This document shows, in pieces, positions 1 to 8,406 of a stretch of 25,239 nt of DNA. The DNA is from Candidatus Eiseniibacteriota bacterium (GTDB lineage Bacteria; Arandabacterota; Arandabacteria; Arandabacterales; Arandabacteraceae): the NCBI GenBank assembly GCA_043810925.1, contig JBDRNT010000029.1, forward strand, positions 1 through 25,239, written 5' to 3'. The position numbers and the translations under genes were made by a program. The notes under the pieces are model-generated. The model was not told where the DNA came from and searched no databases. It worked only from the letters and a program-made list of their open reading frames with translations. Position 1 is the stretch's first letter; every line of letters starts with the position of its first letter.

Positions 1-18
1 CCTCATGTCCATCCCCAT
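1..18 (-). CDS. 5' end of a gene running off the left edge (MGMDMR...), product unknown
   Basis: AGGAGG (minus strand, 32-27) lies 8 nt before ATG at 18-16; further in-frame ATGs at 12-10 and 6-4. Confidence 0.6.
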
Positions 19-145
19 CTGCACTACCTCCTGAGATCCGATCACACCGATTCCCGGAGGTTATCGCAGGCATATTTCGAATACTTTTTATTTTTGAGGC
101 AACGAACCCCGTTCGAATACATTTATTATGAGGCAATTCGAGTGA

Positions 146-174
146 TTGACTTGGGGGCGGATCTATGGTATAAT
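146..174 (+). promoter_or_regulatory. sigma70-type promoter with extended -10
   Basis: TTGACT (146-151), 17-nt spacer, TG at 166-167, TATAAT (169-174); near-perfect consensus in an AT-rich intergenic patch. Confidence 0.7.
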
Positions 175-180
175 GGCAGT

Positions 181-294
181 ACGAAATCAAGAAATCGGGG
201 ATCGGCTTGGATAAGCGTCCGGGTGTTTCTGATTCGCTGCCGGAGCGAAGATACCTGGGCGCCTTATTATGTTCTGACCGTACGCGGCCGGTCT
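181..294 (+). ncRNA. candidate structured small RNA of unknown family
   Basis: Lies downstream of the 146-174 promoter. Long stem 211-227/250-267 with several G-U pairs, inner stem TTCGCT/AGCGAA (233-249), outer stem GGATCGGC/GCCGGTCT (199-206/287-294). No credible plus-strand CDS. Confidence 0.3.
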
Positions 295-1456
295 ATGAAC
301 CCGACAATCTGACGTATGCTACGCTCTCACTTCCGAACCTGCAATAATCATCCTTGACCCACACATGAAGCGTAGAAATTCCGCTTCCCACTGTGAAGAG
401 GCCGCCGAGCCCTGGGTAAATGGCTTCAGTCTGACCCGCATCGATGGGATCCCACCAGATCGGTTGTACGCCGTTATTCTCCTGGATTATGATGCCGGTC
501 GGCATGGATGCGTCACCACCTTCACTGAATTCGATTCTGAAGGAAAGCGTATCGCCGGACCACACGTTGATGGGTGTTTCCATCGCCAGGGGACTTGAAG
601 TCGAACGTGAGTCCAAAAACTCCTTATGGCTGTCAAAGCTACGCCCCCGGTATACGGAGATCTTGATCCAGGGATGGCTGCCGCGCGTCGTGTCCACGTA
701 GAAGATCAGATGGTTCTCATTTCGCTTGAAAGCCGTTTCGATTGCCCCGGCGTTGTCCCTTGATTGAACATAAAAGCTATAAGGTCTGGCAGGATTGTCT
801 TCGTCCTTGAAGTCCTCTGTCCACTCGGTCACAGTACCCCAATCACTCCACGACGGGTTTTCGGGGTCGGGAGGCCGCTCCGCGGGGTACTCGTTATCAG
901 GCTTCCAGACGTACCTATACTGGACCACCTCGCCGTCCTCATCGTTTCCTCTCCACCGGAACGTAATGCAACTTGACTGAACCGGGCTTCCCGGACTCGT
1001 GATCTCCGTCGTCGGTGCCTTGGTTGTGGCAATAAAACTCCTGTAGACCGGTTCGGGGTCCCGTTCTCCATCGTCATCCACGGCTCTGATGAAGAACGTA
1101 TGTGTATGCCTCCAGGTCGTCGAATCACCCTCTGCGCAGCAGGTGTCCGCCAGAACGACAAAAGTCGACTCGGACAGGCTGGTCGACCCCCAGTCAAGAC
1201 TGTCGAACATCGAGCTATCGAAGGGGCCGCTGCGCCATGCTATCTCATAAGAAACCACCCTGCCATCGGAGTCAGTGCCTGCCCAGTCCATGTAGACCTG
1301 AAATGAGCTGGTCGAGCCCTGGGCCGGAGCACTGACCAGAACTGTCGATGGGGCCGTATTCGGGCCCGTGTTTCCCGAGCCGCTGTCCTCACTGCAAGAG
1401 TGAACGGCCAGCGCAAGAGCGAGGAACGCGAGAATCAGGATCGATTTGCTTTTCAT
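293..1456 (-). CDS. putative lipoprotein with two FN3/Y_Y_Y-like beta-sandwich repeats
   Basis: 387 aa; signal MKSKSILILAFLALALAVHS-C with lipobox-like Cys. Repeated motifs W.GTDSDG.V..Y / W.GNDEDG.V..Y and F.IRAVDDDG / F.VQSRDNAG. Confidence 0.8.
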   Translation of the reverse strand: MKSKSILILAFLALALAVHSCSEDSGSGNTGPNTAPSTVLVSAPAQGSTSSFQVYMDWAGTDSDGRVVSYEIAWRSGPFDSSMFDSLDWGSTSLSESTFVVLADTCCAEGDSTTWRHTHTFFIRAVDDDGERDPEPVYRSFIATTKAPTTEITSPGSPVQSSCITFRWRGNDEDGEVVQYRYVWKPDNEYPAERPPDPENPSWSDWGTVTEWTEDFKDEDNPARPYSFYVQSRDNAGAIETAFKRNENHLIFYVDTTRGSHPWIKISVYRGRSFDSHKEFLDSRSTSSPLAMETPINVWSGDTLSFRIEFSEGGDASMPTGIIIQENNGVQPIWWDPIDAGQTEAIYPGLGGLFTVGSGISTLHVWVKDDYCRFGSESVAYVRLSGS

Positions 1457-1461
1457 TGTAT

Positions 1462-2355
1462 TTACACCCCGAAGTGTAGGCCAAGCTTAATGCTTGGTCC
1501 GCCAATATTCGTTTCCGGAGAGTCGGGGATTCGTACCTTATCCACTGTCCACTCCCCCTTGCCTATTGTGGCTCTCAGGTAGGATGCCGAGAAGTCAAGT
1601 GCCATGAACGGAAGGAGCCAGTACTTTATCTCGATGAACGGTTCAAGTGCTATGAAGTCCCCCACCAGGGTGGAAGCTATGTTCAGGTCCTCAGGGTCTA
1701 TCGAACCGGGCCCGTCTGCCGCAAATGGGTCCCAGGAGTCGTTCCATCCGACCACATACCTTGAGTTTCTCTTGCGTTCGACCGTAATCGAACCACCTCC
1801 GAAGAGCATACCCGCGGTGGCCTCATAGTCCGTATCGACGTGGCTCAGGCCCAGGATCAGCCCTCCGTAGGCTATTGTCGCCTCGGCATGTCTTGCGCTG
1901 CCATCCGGTATGCCGCTTGTCTCGGTTGCACCGCCATAGCCGGCACCGCCTATTATCAAATGGCCGATCCTCGCATAACCCTTCCCGCCGAGGATCAGGA
2001 TACGTTCGGACAGATCGGTAATACCCATCTCCTTCACCTTGGCATTTATCTCCTCGAGGTTTGCGAAGACATATCCCGGTACAAACCCCCCACCTCCACC
2101 GATCCTGGTCCGCCCGGAGCCAGAGCACGCACCGCATCCCACCGGCGGTTTGCTGACTTGTGTCCTCTCCGCGTCAGGAGTCCCGGCATCGGAGCCCGTG
2201 CTACCCTCGGGGGTGATCACCCTCGGCGGATTGAACAACCTGTCCGCCGAGGTGGTGTCCGGTGGGACGGAGTCCTCATTGCCCGCCAGAGCAGCCCCGA
2301 TGATAAAGAAATTCAGTGCGGCAACAAGCGCCAGCAGGATCAAAGACCGTTTCAT
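1462..2355 (-). CDS. exported protein, probable small outer-membrane beta-barrel
   Basis: Start moved to ATG 2355 (MKRSLILL..., purine-rich AAAGGGGG upstream). Signal peptide, Pro-rich linker, Gly/aromatic alternating strands, C-terminus LGLHFGV. Confidence 0.7.
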   Translation of the reverse strand: MKRSLILLALVAALNFFIIGAALAGNEDSVPPDTTSADRLFNPPRVITPEGSTGSDAGTPDAERTQVSKPPVGCGACSGSGRTRIGGGGGFVPGYVFANLEEINAKVKEMGITDLSERILILGGKGYARIGHLIIGGAGYGGATETSGIPDGSARHAEATIAYGGLILGLSHVDTDYEATAGMLFGGGSITVERKRNSRYVVGWNDSWDPFAADGPGSIDPEDLNIASTLVGDFIALEPFIEIKYWLLPFMALDFSASYLRATIGKGEWTVDKVRIPDSPETNIGGPSIKLGLHFGV

Positions 2356-2429
2356 CGTGGCCCCCTTTCGCCACATCTTTCCTGTGAGATATGAGGCCAC
2401 CGGTCGATTTCCGAGGGCCTCTACTAAAG

Positions 2430-2458
2430 ATTCTAAGCAAACACCGGGTGGGCGTCAA
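2430..2458 (-). promoter_or_regulatory. sigma70-type promoter for the barrel/lipoprotein pair
   Basis: Minus strand TTGACG (2458-2453), 17-nt spacer, TAGAAT (2435-2430). Confidence 0.6.
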
Positions 2459-2514
2459 TGTTGAAAGGCTCTGCAGGGGCTAGCCTGTAGGCGTGCAGGA
2501 TGGTCCGGCGGCTG

Positions 2515-3834
2515 TCAGCGCAAGAGCCCGGTCTTGATATTTCCCCTCATCTCTTCGAGCTTCTGCTCGCCCTGCTTCACATCGTCGGCGATGGCGTTGC
2601 CGGCGACTATCCGGGGCGTTATGAAGATTAGAAGCTCTGTCTTGCGCGTCACCTCGGTCTTGTGGCGAAAGAGTATACGCAACCCCGGAATATCGCCCAG
2701 GATCGGCACCTTTGTGACGGTCTGCGTCACACCGTCTCTCAAGAGTCCCCCGATGATGATCGTCTCACCGTCACCGACCCTGATATTGGTCTCAACCGAA
2801 CGCTTATCTACAACGGGCTGGCCGTCGAACCACTCGGTCACCTCACTCACCTCGGGTCGTATCTTGAGAAAGACCGTGCCATCAGGGGCAATCTGCGGGG
2901 TGGCCTCCAGTTTGATCCCGACTTCTTCAAACTCGACCTCCTGCTTGGTGGAGATGAAACCCGCCTCGGCGATGTCGGTCGATGACTTGACATACGGGAT
3001 CTTCTCGATGACCTCTATCACCGCCCTGCGGTTGTTGAGTGTGGCAATTTTGGGAGCGGACAAGAGATCGAGATTGGTGTTCTTCGCAATTGCCTGGAGC
3101 AGGAAGGTCGCCCTTTCGTGAGATACCGCAAACTCAAATCCGTCCCAGCCTGATGACTGCTGGTCCCCCCCAAGAGGCTGAGGCGCCAGGTTCTGGACGG
3201 CGGTGCCGGTGATGTTATCGAGACCCCCGAGGGAGTAGTCAAGGCGGCTCCAGTCGATACCCATCTCATCGTCCCTGTCCAGGGTGACTTCGACTATGCG
3301 CGCCTCGATCATCACCTGTTGTCTGGCGGGATCTGCCAGGGACAGAAACTCCTCAACCGTCTCGACATGGACCGGCCTGTCGATCACCATCACACTTGAA
3401 GATGCAGGATCGACGACCAGTTTGCCGGTGTCGGACAAGAGGTTCTCGAGCTCCACTCTGAACGCATCATCCAGAGTGTAGTTGACAGCGAAGACCTTCC
3501 TGATCGGCCTGGATTGGAAAACGAGAATCACATCGCCTCGCTGCTCCCAACCGCAGCCGACCATTGAAAGGATCGCATCAAGGGCGTCACCTACTCCTGC
3601 GCTATCGAAATTCGCGGTGACCGTGCCCTCGATTCCCTCCTCTATGACGATGTTGATACCGTAGTCTTCTGAGAAGGCCTTCAGGACATCGACTATGTCA
3701 ACGCCCCTGAAACTTACAGAGGCGCGCTTATCGAACCGCGGATCCCTGTTGAATGGCTCTGCCCGAACCGTCGCTGATGTCGTTATCAGAAGTACCGGGA
3801 GGACAAGAAGCATGAAACGAATCCTTGTCTTCAT
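2515..3834 (-). CDS. gspD: secretin (GspD/PilQ family), short form
   Basis: Signal peptide; N0-like domain (VSFRGVDIVDVLKAFS); QVMIEARIVEV...GIDW; LLSAPKIATLNN; GIKLEATPQI; IIIGGL; KVPILGDIPGLRILF; ELLIFITPRIV. Confidence 0.93.
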   Translation of the reverse strand: MKTRIRFMLLVLPVLLITTSATVRAEPFNRDPRFDKRASVSFRGVDIVDVLKAFSEDYGINIVIEEGIEGTVTANFDSAGVGDALDAILSMVGCGWEQRGDVILVFQSRPIRKVFAVNYTLDDAFRVELENLLSDTGKLVVDPASSSVMVIDRPVHVETVEEFLSLADPARQQVMIEARIVEVTLDRDDEMGIDWSRLDYSLGGLDNITGTAVQNLAPQPLGGDQQSSGWDGFEFAVSHERATFLLQAIAKNTNLDLLSAPKIATLNNRRAVIEVIEKIPYVKSSTDIAEAGFISTKQEVEFEEVGIKLEATPQIAPDGTVFLKIRPEVSEVTEWFDGQPVVDKRSVETNIRVGDGETIIIGGLLRDGVTQTVTKVPILGDIPGLRILFRHKTEVTRKTELLIFITPRIVAGNAIADDVKQGEQKLEEMRGNIKTGLLR

Positions 3835-3849
3835 TACCTTTCTCCTCGC

Positions 3850-4326
3850 TTAATCTATGTTTATCGTCTTCGTCAGGCCGCCGTATTCGACGACAACTGA
3901 TTTCGTACCTATCTTCTTAATGGTGCCTGTTCCAACGCGGTCGCCCTCTCTTAATATCTTGTCACCGGCGAGGACAAAGCGGGTATCACCAACCATCCCT
4001 ATGCCCGTGATCCGGATTCGCGGTGAGGCCGGTGCTCGGACTATTGCCTCACTTTGCCCGGGATTGGATTCTGTGATCGAAGCTCCTGTCTTCCCCGTGG
4101 GATCGAACGGGTCCCGGCCCCAGCCGGATGCAGCAGCGCGGTCACCCTTAGCCCATCCTGGTGCTTCCACTTGACCGAGAGTCTCGGCTATCGGGACTTC
4201 CATTTCGACGGGTCGGCGTCCGGTCTTGCTGCGCTGTGCGAAATGACGGGCGTTATGAATAATGACAAGGCTCAGCGCGGCTATTACCACTATCTGTACG
4301 CGCCTGCTCCCAAGTCTAGCCTTCAA
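3850..4326 (-). CDS. PilP/GspC-like accessory membrane protein
   Basis: TTG start with GAGGTG RBS; N-terminal hydrophobic segment, GRDPF motif, C-terminal ITGIG...ILREGDRV...IKKI small beta domain; sits just before the secretin. Confidence 0.65.
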   Translation of the reverse strand: MKARLGSRRVQIVVIAALSLVIIHNARHFAQRSKTGRRPVEMEVPIAETLGQVEAPGWAKGDRAAASGWGRDPFDPTGKTGASITESNPGQSEAIVRAPASPRIRITGIGMVGDTRFVLAGDKILREGDRVGTGTIKKIGTKSVVVEYGGLTKTINID

Positions 4327-4329
4327 TTA

Positions 4330-4872
4330 TCACCTCGGTATCCCGCAAAGGCCGATGGTAACGGAGACATGAATGGGGCTCCGGTCGTTCTGCCTCCGGG
4401 TCAACATGATTCTTTGGACATTGCCTCCCGGACTGGCGGTCATTATTGAGTCAATGAACGCGGCCGCCTGTCGGGTGGTAGAATCGAACGAGATCCGGAT
4501 CTCCGAGTACTGGTACTCGAACGGATCACCGTTCTCGTCCGAGAGCTCCGGTAAGAAGCGCTCCTCCGTCTGCGTGGTCTCAAAGGCCAGGCCGCTGACC
4601 TCAATCTCCTTCTGGGTAATCTTGGTGACGCTCATCATCGATGCCACATCAGGTGTCTCGGGAATACGGTTCGCATCGGGGACACGGTCCTCCGTGGTAC
4701 CGCGGGCTGTGAAATTGCGTAACCGGTCGATTTCAAACTCCCAGTGCCGGAGCTCGGCCTTGGCCTTCTTGAGCTCACCGAGTGCAGGCAAGGCCAGAAA
4801 GATAAGCACAATAGCAGCTGCGGACACCAGTGTTACGGTAGCAACTGTCTTTGTGTCTCGAAAAAACCTCAT
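4330..4872 (-). CDS. PilO/GspM-like inner-membrane alignment protein
   Basis: N-terminal TM, coiled coil (ELKKAKAELRHWEFEIDRL), C-terminal domain; follows the PilM-PilN fusion; GGAG RBS. Confidence 0.6.
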   Translation of the reverse strand: MRFFRDTKTVATVTLVSAAAIVLIFLALPALGELKKAKAELRHWEFEIDRLRNFTARGTTEDRVPDANRIPETPDVASMMSVTKITQKEIEVSGLAFETTQTEERFLPELSDENGDPFEYQYSEIRISFDSTTRQAAAFIDSIMTASPGGNVQRIMLTRRQNDRSPIHVSVTIGLCGIPR

Positions 4873-4874
4873 GT

Positions 4875-6479
4875 CTACTCCAGATACAAGCCCATATCAA
4901 AGAGAATCGCACCGTCCACTCTCTCTCCGTTGACACTGAGTGTCGTGGATCCCAGGGGTGTTACCCGCACATCCCTGAATACCGGCGAGTTCTCCATCTC
5001 ACTTTCCATCTGGGTCAGGATGGTCGGCGGAAGGTCGGAATTGATGACTGCTCCGGTGCCTGCCAGCCTCCAGACATCCTGTTCGCCCGTTTCGGACAAC
5101 TCCCGTACAAGGATCAAATCATCCAGAAGCACCCCGGCCGGAACCAGGTTTGAGATCTCCGTCAGGACGCCGGTCCATGCCGGTTGGGGTTCTACGACCA
5201 GTGAATAGACGTAAGACCTCTCTTCCTCTATGAGAGACTCCCTGTCCGCATCATCAGGTCCGAGCATTTCAATCAGGGATGCGGCCACGGAACTCCTGCT
5301 CTCAATCAACCGTTCATAGTCACTCTTCGTGGAGCTAAGAGCGAACGCGGTCAGAGCAACCACTATGAGTGAGATCAGAGCACCAGCCAGCGCTGCAGTC
5401 GCTCTGATCTTCCTCGTCTTGCGTGTGCCGAGATCCTGGGGCACAAGATTCAGGGGCTCGTTCCGGCCGGCAAGGAGTGCAAGTCCCACCGCCACACAGA
5501 ATACGGGTCCGAGGTCCGCATGTTCGTCGGATACGTTGTTTTCCAGGCTCTTGAGTGGATCCAGTATCTGCGTTTCTATCCCTGTCTCCGCCTCAAGCGT
5601 TTGTCCGAGATTGGGTATAAGAGCTCCCCCGCCACTTATGAAGATTGTCTTCGGAAGAGGTATTGCCGATTCACGGGACATGAAGGCAAATGACCGGAGA
5701 ATCTCCCGGGACATCTGCTCGGTCACTTCTCTCAACACTTCCACCGGTGCCCGTTCCTGAAGGTCCTCCGGCAGGTGCGAGATGTCGATTCCCTTGCTCA
5801 GAATGAGTTTGCTCGCCTCCGTCTCGGGGATGTCGCAGGTCCGTGATATCCCTGAAACCATATCGGCGGTGCCGAGTTCGACGGATCTTGAGAAGACCAG
5901 ATTCCCCCGGTCCACGACGGCTATCTGGGTCCATCTGTTTCCTATGTTGACAATCGCTGCTGTGGATGTCTCGGTCTCCGGCGATGTCACCCTCAGGCAC
6001 TCGTGTAAGGCCAGCACGTCGGGAAAGATCTGAGAGACTGCAGTCCCGGCTTGCTCCATTTCCTCGAAAGACCCGACGATCATGTGCGCAGGCGCCGATG
6101 CGGCCAGGACCTCGGTCTGTCCCGGTTCCGTACGCCTTGCACTCCAGGCGATGAGAGAATCACTGCCTGACTCTTTTGCAGCCGTTCTCCTTATGACCTT
6201 ATCGAGGTCCTTGCGCGGCATATCCGGAAAGCGGAGGAAAAACGTTCTGACACCATGACCGCCTACACCCCCGACTATGACAGGACTTGATCGCTTGCCC
6301 TGAAGAACCATAGAACCGGGGTTCCTTCCTTCGAGGCACATCAGATACTCGAGGTGCGGTCGGCCGCCATGCCGGTGCAAGTGCACAACCTTGGTCAGGG
6401 AGGTTCCTTCGTCGATTGACACGACGGCCGGGGACCTCCTGAGCATGGTTCTGACCTTGCCGACCTTCTTACCGACCAT
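4875..6479 (-). CDS. pilM: PilM-PilN fusion protein (GspL-like architecture)
   Basis: Actin-like PilM motifs (SIDEGTS, IVNIG, ISGGGALIPNL, VAVGLAL), then LNLVP (PilN INLLP-like), a TM helix and a PilN-like domain (WTGVLTEISNLVPAGVLL). Start uncertain: ATG 6479 (AGGA RBS, no overlap) preferred over 6509 or 6515. Confidence 0.8.
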   Translation of the reverse strand: MVGKKVGKVRTMLRRSPAVVSIDEGTSLTKVVHLHRHGGRPHLEYLMCLEGRNPGSMVLQGKRSSPVIVGGVGGHGVRTFFLRFPDMPRKDLDKVIRRTAAKESGSDSLIAWSARRTEPGQTEVLAASAPAHMIVGSFEEMEQAGTAVSQIFPDVLALHECLRVTSPETETSTAAIVNIGNRWTQIAVVDRGNLVFSRSVELGTADMVSGISRTCDIPETEASKLILSKGIDISHLPEDLQERAPVEVLREVTEQMSREILRSFAFMSRESAIPLPKTIFISGGGALIPNLGQTLEAETGIETQILDPLKSLENNVSDEHADLGPVFCVAVGLALLAGRNEPLNLVPQDLGTRKTRKIRATAALAGALISLIVVALTAFALSSTKSDYERLIESRSSVAASLIEMLGPDDADRESLIEEERSYVYSLVVEPQPAWTGVLTEISNLVPAGVLLDDLILVRELSETGEQDVWRLAGTGAVINSDLPPTILTQMESEMENSPVFRDVRVTPLGSTTLSVNGERVDGAILFDMGLYLE

Positions 6480-6489
6480 GGCGATCCTG

Positions 6490-7170
6490 TCAGTAAGGGT
6501 AGATGTCATCTCCACCGCCTATACTCCCATCAGGTCCATAACTTATAAACTGGTTACCGGACACCTGGTAGTTCGTGCTCCAGGCATCTCTCCTGTAGCT
6601 TTCGTCGGACAGGTAATTCCCAGTGAAGAGGACGCCTATCGAACCTGGATACGCGCCCCCGTTGTCGCCGGCATAAGCCTGCGCGGCGTCCTTCACCACC
6701 TCGAGCTCCTCCCTTACCCTGTTGGCCTTAAGCCTGTAGCCCGAGTTCGCGTCCACGGTGACGCCGATGTCATCGCTGTTGTTGGCGATTCCGTCGGGTC
6801 CGCTGCTTGTGATCGTGCACGCGAAGGCCCCGCTCGTGTAGTCGTAGGTGATCGGTCTGGCCCATGCGTCCCTTACGAAGTCATTGCTCTCAAAACCGCT
6901 GGATATGTAAGGCCCATTCCAGCCCGTGACGCCTGGATCCGTGATGAGCGACTGGAGATCGGTCACGGCGTTGCCGGTGTCCGTGGGGAACTCATCGGTA
7001 TCGTCGAAGTAATAGAGCAGCGCATCTTTGAGGTTGTCCATCTTGAGATCTGTGCCCTCAATCTCAGCACTTATGATGGATGTTCCGACAACAGTTCCTA
7101 TGATGGCTGCAAAGACCGATACAACGGCCATCACCACCAGTACCTCGAGAAGCGTGAATCCCTTTTCCAT
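6490..7170 (-). CDS. type IV (pseudo)pilin with two tandem GspG-like head domains
   Basis: Class III signal KG|FTLLEVLVV with E5; WNGPY; duplicated RDAW...S.GPDG....DDI motifs. Confidence 0.85.
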   Translation of the reverse strand: MEKGFTLLEVLVVMAVVSVFAAIIGTVVGTSIISAEIEGTDLKMDNLKDALLYYFDDTDEFPTDTGNAVTDLQSLITDPGVTGWNGPYISSGFESNDFVRDAWARPITYDYTSGAFACTITSSGPDGIANNSDDIGVTVDANSGYRLKANRVREELEVVKDAAQAYAGDNGGAYPGSIGVLFTGNYLSDESYRRDAWSTNYQVSGNQFISYGPDGSIGGGDDIYPY

Positions 7171-7176
7171 AGAGGG

Positions 7177-8376
7177 TTACCTTTTCACAAGTGCCAGCAT
7201 CTTATAAAGCGGCAAGAAGACGCTGAGGGCTACAACAGCGACGGCAACTCCCATAGCCACCGTAACCGCCGCCTCACATATGGTCATTAGCCTGGCAACG
7301 GTTGTCTTGATCTCCCGGTCAAAGAACTCGCTGACCTTATCCAGCATCGTCGAAAGCTGGCCGGTTTTTTCACCCACTCCGATCATACGAATGAGAAGCG
7401 GCGGGAAAACGCCTGTCTCTCTCAGAGACGCAGCAAGGTCCGATCCGCTGCTGACCTTGTCCCCGACGTCGTCGGCAATCCGTGCAAAGTAAGTGTTTCC
7501 GGTCGCGGAACCCGCAAGCTTGATCGATCCAATTATGTCCACGCCCGCAGCCACGGTGGTGGAGAGCGTGCCGGCAAAGCGGGAGATGGCCAGCTTCCTC
7601 GTCAGTCCGCCCACCACCGGCAGACGGACCTTGAGCCAGTCGAGGGCATGAGCTCCTGCGTTTGTTCTGGGAAGAACCTTAAACAGTGCTGCAAGAGCCA
7701 GCACTCCCACCAACACTCCCAGCCAGTGGCCCCTCAAAAACGTAGATGTCGCCAGAAGGATCTTCGTCGGAAGAGGCAGGGGGAAGCCCTTTTTTGCGAA
7801 GATCGCGCCGAACCTCGGGAGAACGAACCCGACGAGGATGACCAGCACGGATCCAAGCAGGACAGTCAGGATTATTGGGTATGCCGCGGCCTGCTTGACC
7901 TTTGCTGATATTTCCTCTTCCCATTCAAGATAGGACACAAGTCTCTCGAAACTGGTTACGATGTTCCCCGTTTCCTCACCTGCTTTGATCGTGTTGACAT
8001 ACAGCGATCCGAACACCCTTGAGTTCGCAGCCATGGCGTCGGACAGGGTGCTGCCCTGGCGTAGTCTGGCCGCTACGCTTTCTATCGTGCGTCTGAGGGC
8101 AGGTTCCTCAGTCTGCGCTGCAATGTCTTCGAGACCGTCGAGGATGGCGAGACCGCTTCCGACAATGACTCCAAGCTGAGAGGTGAGAGCGATCAGCTCT
8201 TTCCTGGGCATTTTGGGTGCACCACCTCGTCCCGCGTCGGCTATCGCAGTTGCGGCGACAAGGAACTGATCCCGCCGGGCCAGCTGGTCTTCGATTTCCG
8301 CCTCGGAATCGGCGACCGCTACACCTGTTAGTGCTCTGCCATCACGATCTCTCGCTTTGTACTTGTAGCTGGGCAT
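7177..8376 (-). CDS. gspF: T2SS protein F / type IV pilus platform protein PilC
   Basis: MPSYKYKARDRDG start, AGEETG, AAAYP, LPLPTKIL, VGEKTGQL, C-terminal TM ending FLPLY; two GspF repeats. Confidence 0.93.
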   Translation of the reverse strand: MPSYKYKARDRDGRALTGVAVADSEAEIEDQLARRDQFLVAATAIADAGRGGAPKMPRKELIALTSQLGVIVGSGLAILDGLEDIAAQTEEPALRRTIESVAARLRQGSTLSDAMAANSRVFGSLYVNTIKAGEETGNIVTSFERLVSYLEWEEEISAKVKQAAAYPIILTVLLGSVLVILVGFVLPRFGAIFAKKGFPLPLPTKILLATSTFLRGHWLGVLVGVLALAALFKVLPRTNAGAHALDWLKVRLPVVGGLTRKLAISRFAGTLSTTVAAGVDIIGSIKLAGSATGNTYFARIADDVGDKVSSGSDLAASLRETGVFPPLLIRMIGVGEKTGQLSTMLDKVSEFFDREIKTTVARLMTICEAAVTVAMGVAVAVVALSVFLPLYKMLALVKR

Positions 8377-8406
8377 GACATGACTTCTTCCACCTTGATG
8401 CCCGGC

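Noticed and set aside
103-115. CGAAC-CCC-GTTCG as a Gram-positive-type LexA (SOS) box
   Set aside because: The spacer is 3 nt, while the canonical box is GAAC-N4-GTTC; kept only as an unassigned palindrome
181-304. Assignment of the hairpin as SRP RNA, 6S RNA or tRNA
   Set aside because: No SRP GGAA-tetraloop domain motif, no cloverleaf, and too short with no clear central bubble for 6S; needs an Rfam search
94-312. 72-aa plus-strand ORF
   Set aside because: TTG start with no RBS, begins upstream of and runs through the promoter, no recognisable motif
2356-2400. ORF-track start at 2400 for the barrel protein
   Set aside because: The signal peptide and purine-rich RBS fit ATG 2355
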